Positions 58,811-64,000 of a DNA stretch of 64,000 bases are shown here, in pieces. Under the pieces are notes generated by a model. That model was not told the DNA's origin, searched no databases, and was given only the letters and a program-made list of their open reading frames with translations. The position numbers were made by a program, and so were the translations under genes. The stretch's first letter is position 1. The number at the start of each line of letters is the position of its first letter. Source of the DNA: Magnetococcales bacterium (GTDB taxonomy: Bacteria > Pseudomonadota > Magnetococcia > Magnetococcales > Magnetaquicoccaceae); the NCBI GenBank assembly GCA_015232825.1, contig JADFYY010000001.1:20978-84977 (forward strand), given 5' to 3'.

Positions 58811-60496
58811 ATGCAAAAATCAACTTTTAGTTTAAAAAAAATTATTACGATCATAGCAGGCGCGGTGGCTAGTGTGGTATTTCTGCTACCGCCCATTATC
58901 CATCTTCTATTAAGTCTGGATAATGCGGACAAGCAACTGAGAGCAGAACTCAGAATCAGTACGGTACATTTAAATAAATTTATTAGCAACAATCCAGTCA
59001 CCTGGACTTCCCAAGCCATTCGTTTGCAAGCCGTTTTGGAGGATATCCATGCGCCAGGGACATCCATACGCATCCTCTCGCTCTCCAATGGCCGATTAAA
59101 CGAAATCAGACAAATTCTTGAACCTCTCGATTTTCCGCGTTTGACTCGCCAGGAAAAGCTTTATGACTATGGAGAGGTTGTCGGTGAGGTGGAGATCACC
59201 CTATCGCTGCGCCCCTTGCTGATTCCCATCTTGTTGACTTTGTTCCTCAGTACTATAATTTCTTTAATTATTTTTTTCCCCTTAAGAAATATCCCCCTGC
59301 GTGCCTTGATTCAAGCCACTTCCGCCTTGCTCGCTGCCAAAAATGTGGCTGAGGCGGCCAGTCGTGCTAAGTCTGATTTTCTTGCCAATATGAGTCATGA
59401 GATTCGTACCCCGATGAATGGCGTGATGGGTATGATCGATTTGGCCTTGGATACTGAGATTCCTCCTAAAACCAAAGATTACCTTTTAAAGGCCAAAAAC
59501 TCCTCTCGCATCTTGTTGCGAGTGATCAACGACATCCTTGATTTCTCCAAGATCGAGGGTGGCAAGATGACCCTAGAGCTTTTGGAATTTCGCCTGAATG
59601 CGTTATTGAATGATTCCATCGAATTGTTCAAACCAGACACCAATAATGTTGCGTTAATTATTAAAGCTCCGCCAGATGGGATTGGCTGGCTGATTGGTGA
59701 CCCATTACGCCTGCAACAAGTGTTGCTCAACCTCATCAGCAACGCCATCAAGTTTACCAAGCATGGGGAGATTATCATTCAGGTCGTTCCAGTTGAGTTG
59801 ACGGATGACACCGCACGACTCCATTTTTCGGTCAAGGACACAGGTCTTGGCATCCCTAAGGAAAAACAGGCCACTCTCTTCACCTCTTTTACCCAGGCCG
59901 ATGAGAGCATCACGCGGAAATTCGGTGGCTCAGGTTTGGGATTGGCCATTTGTAAACGCTTGGTGGAAATGATGAACGGTGAAATCTGGCTGGAAAGTGA
60001 AGTCGGTCAGGGAAGCACTTTTCATTTTACTGTCACTCTGGGTCGCAAACTGAAATCCTCAGATTTTAACAATAAAGATAAAATTTCAAAAACTAAAGAC
60101 ATAAAGCAACTCTCACAACTCTTGAGTGGTGCCAAAGTTTTGTTAGCAGAGGATAACATCATCAACCAAATGATCGCCAAAAATATCCTCAATAATGTTG
60201 GCATCTTGGTGGATGTGGCGCAAAATGGGTTGGAAGCCGTGCGCATGGTAGCAACTGGCGATTATGATCTGGTATTGATGGATATCCAGATGCCAGAAAT
60301 GGATGGATATTCCGCCACTCGCGCCATTCGATCCGAGTCTCACGGCCAAGAATTGCCCATTCTGGCTATGACGGCCCACGCCCTAGCGGAGGACTATGAC
60401 AAAAGCCTGGAGGCTGGCATGAATGGCCATATTACGAAGCCGATTGATCGTCAACAATTGTTTGACACCTTGATTCAATGGATCAAACCAAGATAA
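58811..60496 (+). CDS. Hybrid sensor histidine kinase/response regulator
   Basis: 2 TM helices, [35 protein letters not shown] and REC motifs AEDN...MDIQMP...KP. Confidence 0.95.
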   Translation: MQKSTFSLKKIITIIAGAVASVVFLLPPIIHLLLSLDNADKQLRAELRISTVHLNKFISNNPVTWTSQAIRLQAVLEDIHAPGTSIRILSLSNGRLNEIRQILEPLDFPRLTRQEKLYDYGEVVGEVEITLSLRPLLIPILLTLFLSTIISLIIFFPLRNIPLRALIQATSALLAAKNVAEAASRAKSDFLANMSHEIRTPMNGVMGMIDLALDTEIPPKTKDYLLKAKNSSRILLRVINDILDFSKIEGGKMTLELLEFRLNALLNDSIELFKPDTNNVALIIKAPPDGIGWLIGDPLRLQQVLLNLISNAIKFTKHGEIIIQVVPVELTDDTARLHFSVKDTGLGIPKEKQATLFTSFTQADESITRKFGGSGLGLAICKRLVEMMNGEIWLESEVGQGSTFHFTVTLGRKLKSSDFNNKDKISKTKDIKQLSQLLSGAKVLLAEDNIINQMIAKNILNNVGILVDVAQNGLEAVRMVATGDYDLVLMDIQMPEMDGYSATRAIRSESHGQELPILAMTAHALAEDYDKSLEAGMNGHITKPIDRQQLFDTLIQWIKPR

Positions 60497-60505
60497 ATAA
60501 TTGAT

Positions 60506-63500
60506 ATGAAAAAAGAAGACATTCAACAGATTCATGCCATGACCCCCATGCAAGAGGGAATGCTTTTTCATGCCTTGCATGACCTCTCATCCAATCCCTA
60601 TTTTGAACAGTGCCAGTTTCGCTTGCGTGGCCACCTGGATATAACACGGTTTGAAGCCGCTTGGAATGAGGTGATGCAACGCCACGAGCCATTAAGAACA
60701 CGTTTTGCTTACAAAAATGTCGCGCAACCACGACAAGTCGTCTTGAAACAGCAAAAAATTGTTTTCTCGTTTCATGATTTGCGCTCACTACCGCCAGACC
60801 AACACCCATTATTTATTGAAAACTATAAAAAAGAGGATTGGACAAAAGGGTTTGATCTAAGCCGGGATGTGCTGATGCGCATGGCCGTTTTTCAGGTGGA
60901 AACAGACCGCTTTGAGGTGGTTCACAGCTTTCACCATATCATTTTGGATGGCTGGAGTGTGGGCATCATTCACGAAGAGGCCTTTCAGATCTATGCGGCG
61001 ATGCAACGTGGAGAACCCCACCGCCTGCCAAAACCCGTGTCGTTTGGCAGCTATATTCAATGGCTCAATCAACAAGACCAAAAGGCGGCGCAACGGTACT
61101 GGCAGCGTTATCTTTCCGGTTATCACCGAGCGGCCCTGCTTCCAGGTTGCGACCGACAAAACACGAGCCCATTTCAAGCCGAAGAGCGTCATTACACCCT
61201 TTCCAAAACCCTAACAGCCGATTTAAAGCAACTGGCGGCCCGCCATCGAGTGACGCAAAACTGTCTCATTCAAACCGTTTGGGCCATTCTGCTTGGACGA
61301 TATAATCAGGCCCATGATGTGGTATTCGCGGCCACGGTTTCAGGCCGTCCCCCAGAGATTCCAGGGGTGGAGCGGATGGTTGGCCTGTTCATCAACGCCA
61401 TACCAGTACGAATCCGTCCAGAACCCAACACCCCCTTTCATCGACTGCTGCGCCAGGTGCAAAACGAATCAACCCTTTCCCAAGAGTTTCACCATTACGC
61501 CTTGGCCGATATTCAGGCCAACAGCGACTTAAAACAGGAACTCTTGGACCATATCCTGGTGTTCGAAAACTACGCCGCCGCCGATATGGCCCACTTTTCC
61601 ATCGCCGCTGGACAAGAGGAATCCCTAGTGGTGGAACACTATAAACAGGTGGACCACTCCAACTACCCCCTCACCGTGCAAGTCGTACCCGGTGAGCAGT
61701 TGGGATTCAACATGATCATCAATCACTCTGCCTTAGATCCGGCCCAGGTGGATGAGATGGTCGCCAATCTACAAGCCATCCTGACCCAACTGGTCGCCAA
61801 TGACGCCTTGACCATAGAGGCCATCACCCTGCCAGCCTTAACCTCGGTTCGCACGGTTGAGAAAAAAACCAAAAGCGCGAATGACCCCAAAAGAGTCGAA
61901 CTGGCCGTGGCGGCCACCTTTACCGCCGAACCTCTCGCCCCCCACATCCGTTGGTGGGGAGCGGCGTTTGGTCTGACCATTGATCCCATTTTTGCTCCTT
62001 ATAACCAGATTTTCCAGGAATTATTAAATCCCGATAGCCTGCTCTCCACCCATTCTGGCACGACCCTGCTGTTGATCCGCTTTGAAGATTGGATTCGTGA
62101 CCTGTCCTCTTCGGATCGTCAAGCGTGTCAGGCCCATTTGGAGGCCTACTATCAACAACTGCTGCACGCCCTTGCCAGTCGAGTCAACCAAGCCCCTCTG
62201 CTGATGGGTCTACTGCCGCCCTCCCAGCATCTACCAGAAATCGATGGCGCAGTAGAGATGATTCAGGAGTTGTATCAACGTTTTCGCACCCATTTCCACG
62301 ATTGGCCTCTGCTGGATCTGGCCAATCTGGCCTCTTTGCATGGCATCGATGACGTTTTTGACCTGCATCAGGATCAAACCGGACATATCCCTTTTTCCGA
62401 TGGCTATTACGCGGCCATGGGGCTATGGATTGCCCGGAGGATGGTTGCCAGTCTGACCTCGCCGTTTAAAGTCATTGTCTTAGATTGCGACAACACCTTG
62501 TGGCAAGGGGTGTGCGGGGAAGGTGGCAGTGGTGGCCTGCTCATCACTCCCGGCCATCAGGCCTTGCAGCGGTTCATGCTGGAGCGTCTTAATGCCGGAT
62601 TTTTATTGGCTCTCAACAGCAAAAACAACCCGGAAGATGTCTGGGAGGTGTTTGCCAATCATCCTGACATGGTGTTGCAACGGAATCATATTGTTGCCCA
62701 TCGCATCAACTGGTTGCCCAAATCTGACAATATGCGGGAGTTGGCTAAGGCGTTGAATCTTGGCTTGGAGAGCTTTGTCTTTCTGGACGACTCTGGGATG
62801 GAATGCGCGGAGATGATGACCAACCGTCCCGAAGTATTGACCTTGCAACTGCCACAAAATCATCAGGATTTTGATCTTTTCTTGCGTCATATCTGGGCGT
62901 TTGACCGCTTTGCCGTCACCGAGGAAGATCAAAAACGGGCGGTCATGTACCAAGAGGAGCAACAACGCCGCCTCCACCAAGAAGATGCCAGCTCGTTGGA
63001 GAATTTTTTGCAAACCCTGGAGATTCAGGTTTTCATGGAGCCCTTGCGTCAGGAGCATTGCCCCCGTGTTGCGCAACTCACCCAACGGACCAATCAATTC
63101 AATCTCAGCACCATTCGCCGCACCGAAGCCGAAATCACCGCCTTGATCAGCCATGCAGATTGGCGCGGCTGGACCATTCACGTTTTGGATCGTTTCGGCG
63201 ATTATGGGTTGGTGGGCGTGGTGCTTGCCCGGAAGGAAGAAAACCGTTTATTCACAGACACCTTCTTATTAAGCTGTCGCGTGCTTGGGCGTGGGGTTGA
63301 AACCGCAATCTTGCATGGTTTGCGCCGCTATTGCCAGGAACAAGGGATTGAACATCTGCTGGCCGAATATCGCGCCACTGCCAAAAACAGCCCAATCTTG
63401 ACCTTTCTGACCAACTCGCCGCTGCAACAGGAGGGAACCACGGCTGGCGGCTTGCTGTTTGGTGCCCCGTGCCACGCCTTGCCAGAAGAGACCGGACACA

Positions 63501-64000
63501 TCCGTTTTGTTTACAACGGTTCACCGCCGGTCACTGTAAAAAAATCTGTGATGACGGTTTCAGCAATACCAACCATCCCCCAAAAAACGGAAAAAATCTT
63601 ACGTTGGTCTCCCGATATAAACCATACAGATTCTTTGCTGCACAAGGCCCATTACCTGCCATTGATCCACAACCATTACACAGATTTGCTCAATCTGCCG
63701 GTAGAGGGTCCAGGCAATCGGGAGCGCGTCACCACGCCATTTCTCCCCCCGCAAGGTGAAGAGCAACACCAAATGGCCCTCATCTGGCAGGAGGTATTGG
63801 GGTGTGGTCCGGTGGGACGTCACGACTCTTTTTTTGAACTAGGCGGCCACAGCCTAAAAGCGGTGCGCATGGTCTCGCGCATTCAAAAACAGTTTGGTGT
63901 GACGATCCAGTTGAGCGAACTGTTCGCCCATCCCACCATCGCGACACTTTGCGCCTGGATACGCAACCGGTCGGCCACCACCCAGCAATCCATTCAACCG
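60506..64000 (+). CDS. NRPS-like multidomain protein (condensation - FkbH/HAD-IIIC - carrier), 3'-truncated by the window; absent from the ORF track
   Basis: Frame from ATG 60506 (MKKEDIQQIHAMTPMQEGMLFH). In the same frame: HHIILDG (60932), DCDNT (62483), QRTNQFN, DRFGDYG, SCRVLGRG and FFELGGHSL (GGHS at 63842). Confidence 0.9.
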   Translation, partial: MKKEDIQQIHAMTPMQEGMLFHALHDLSSNPYFEQCQFRLRGHLDITRFEAAWNEVMQRHEPLRTRFAYKNVAQPRQVVLKQQKIVFSFHDLRSLPPDQHPLFIENYKKEDWTKGFDLSRDVLMRMAVFQVETDRFEVVHSFHHIILDGWSVGIIHEEAFQIYAAMQRGEPHRLPKPVSFGSYIQWLNQQDQKAAQRYWQRYLSGYHRAALLPGCDRQNTSPFQAEERHYTLSKTLTADLKQLAARHRVTQNCLIQTVWAILLGRYNQAHDVVFAATVSGRPPEIPGVERMVGLFINAIPVRIRPEPNTPFHRLLRQVQNESTLSQEFHHYALADIQANSDLKQELLDHILVFENYAAADMAHFSIAAGQEESLVVEHYKQVDHSNYPLTVQVVPGEQLGFNMIINHSALDPAQVDEMVANLQAILTQLVANDALTIEAITLPALTSVRTVEKKTKSANDPKRVELAVAATFTAEPLAPHIRWWGAAFGLTIDPIFAPYNQIFQELLNPDSLLSTHSGTTLLLIRFEDWIRDLSSSDRQACQAHLEAYYQQLLHALASRVNQAPLLMGLLPPSQHLPEIDGAVEMIQELYQRFRTHFHDWPLLDLANLASLHGIDDVFDLHQDQTGHIPFSDGYYAAMGLWIARRMVASLTSPFKVIVLDCDNTLWQGVCGEGGSGGLLITPGHQALQRFMLERLNAGFLLALNSKNNPEDVWEVFANHPDMVLQRNHIVAHRINWLPKSDNMRELAKALNLGLESFVFLDDSGMECAEMMTNRPEVLTLQLPQNHQDFDLFLRHIWAFDRFAVTEEDQKRAVMYQEEQQRRLHQEDASSLENFLQTLEIQVFMEPLRQEHCPRVAQLTQRTNQFNLSTIRRTEAEITALISHADWRGWTIHVLDRFGDYGLVGVVLARKEENRLFTDTFLLSCRVLGRGVETAILHGLRRYCQEQGIEHLLAEYRATAKNSPILTFLTNSPLQQEGTTAGGLLFGAPCHALPEETGHIRFVYNGSPPVTVKKSVMTVSAIPTIPQKTEKILRWSPDINHTDSLLHKAHYLPLIHNHYTDLLNLPVEGPGNRERVTTPFLPPQGEEQHQMALIWQEVLGCGPVGRHDSFFELGGHSLKAVRMVSRIQKQFGVTIQLSELFAHPTIATLCAWIRNRSATTQQSIQP

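Noticed and set aside
60483-63823. Many short ORFs listed by the track in the last 3.5 kb
   Set aside because: They are alternative or antisense frames of the single NRPS frame, which the track omitted because it has no stop within the window.

Overview
A 64 kb bacterial chromosomal window. Gene content suggests Magnetococcales-like magnetotactic Proteobacteria; this is an inference, not a verified assignment. The housekeeping backbone comprises 5'-truncated metG, a reductive-TCA-type operon on the minus strand (frdB-like, frdA-like, sucC, sucD, korA, korB), accA, udg, a GH17-GT2 glucan synthase with an LTA-synthase-family transferase, signalling genes, rsmJ, hrpA, apaH/CYTH/CBS/rimI/tsaB/dinG-like, queD/queE, a type I secretion cluster, tRNA-Thr(UGU), a two-component pair, and the start of an NRPS-like gene (C-FkbH-T) that runs off the window and is missing from the ORF track. 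There are two accessory zones. At 10.9-16.6 kb, an Avs2-like STAND nuclease and a DUF1640-like gene sit between three direct copies of a 46-58 bp element that contains a sigma70-like promoter. At 32.6-39.5 kb there are IS-end debris, a TIGR04222-like membrane protein with a (GGC)3 tail next to a radical SAM/SPASM enzyme, and a Gabija-like OLD nuclease + UvrD pair inside the scar of a type 2 BREX (Pgl) locus. The most unusual signal is two solitary 32-bp type I-C CRISPR repeats, with no array and no cas genes, in the sense strand of the rTCA operon mRNA: one in frame inside the fumarate reductase flavoprotein gene, the other just upstream of sucC. All calls come from reading the sequence and recognising motifs; no database searches were run.
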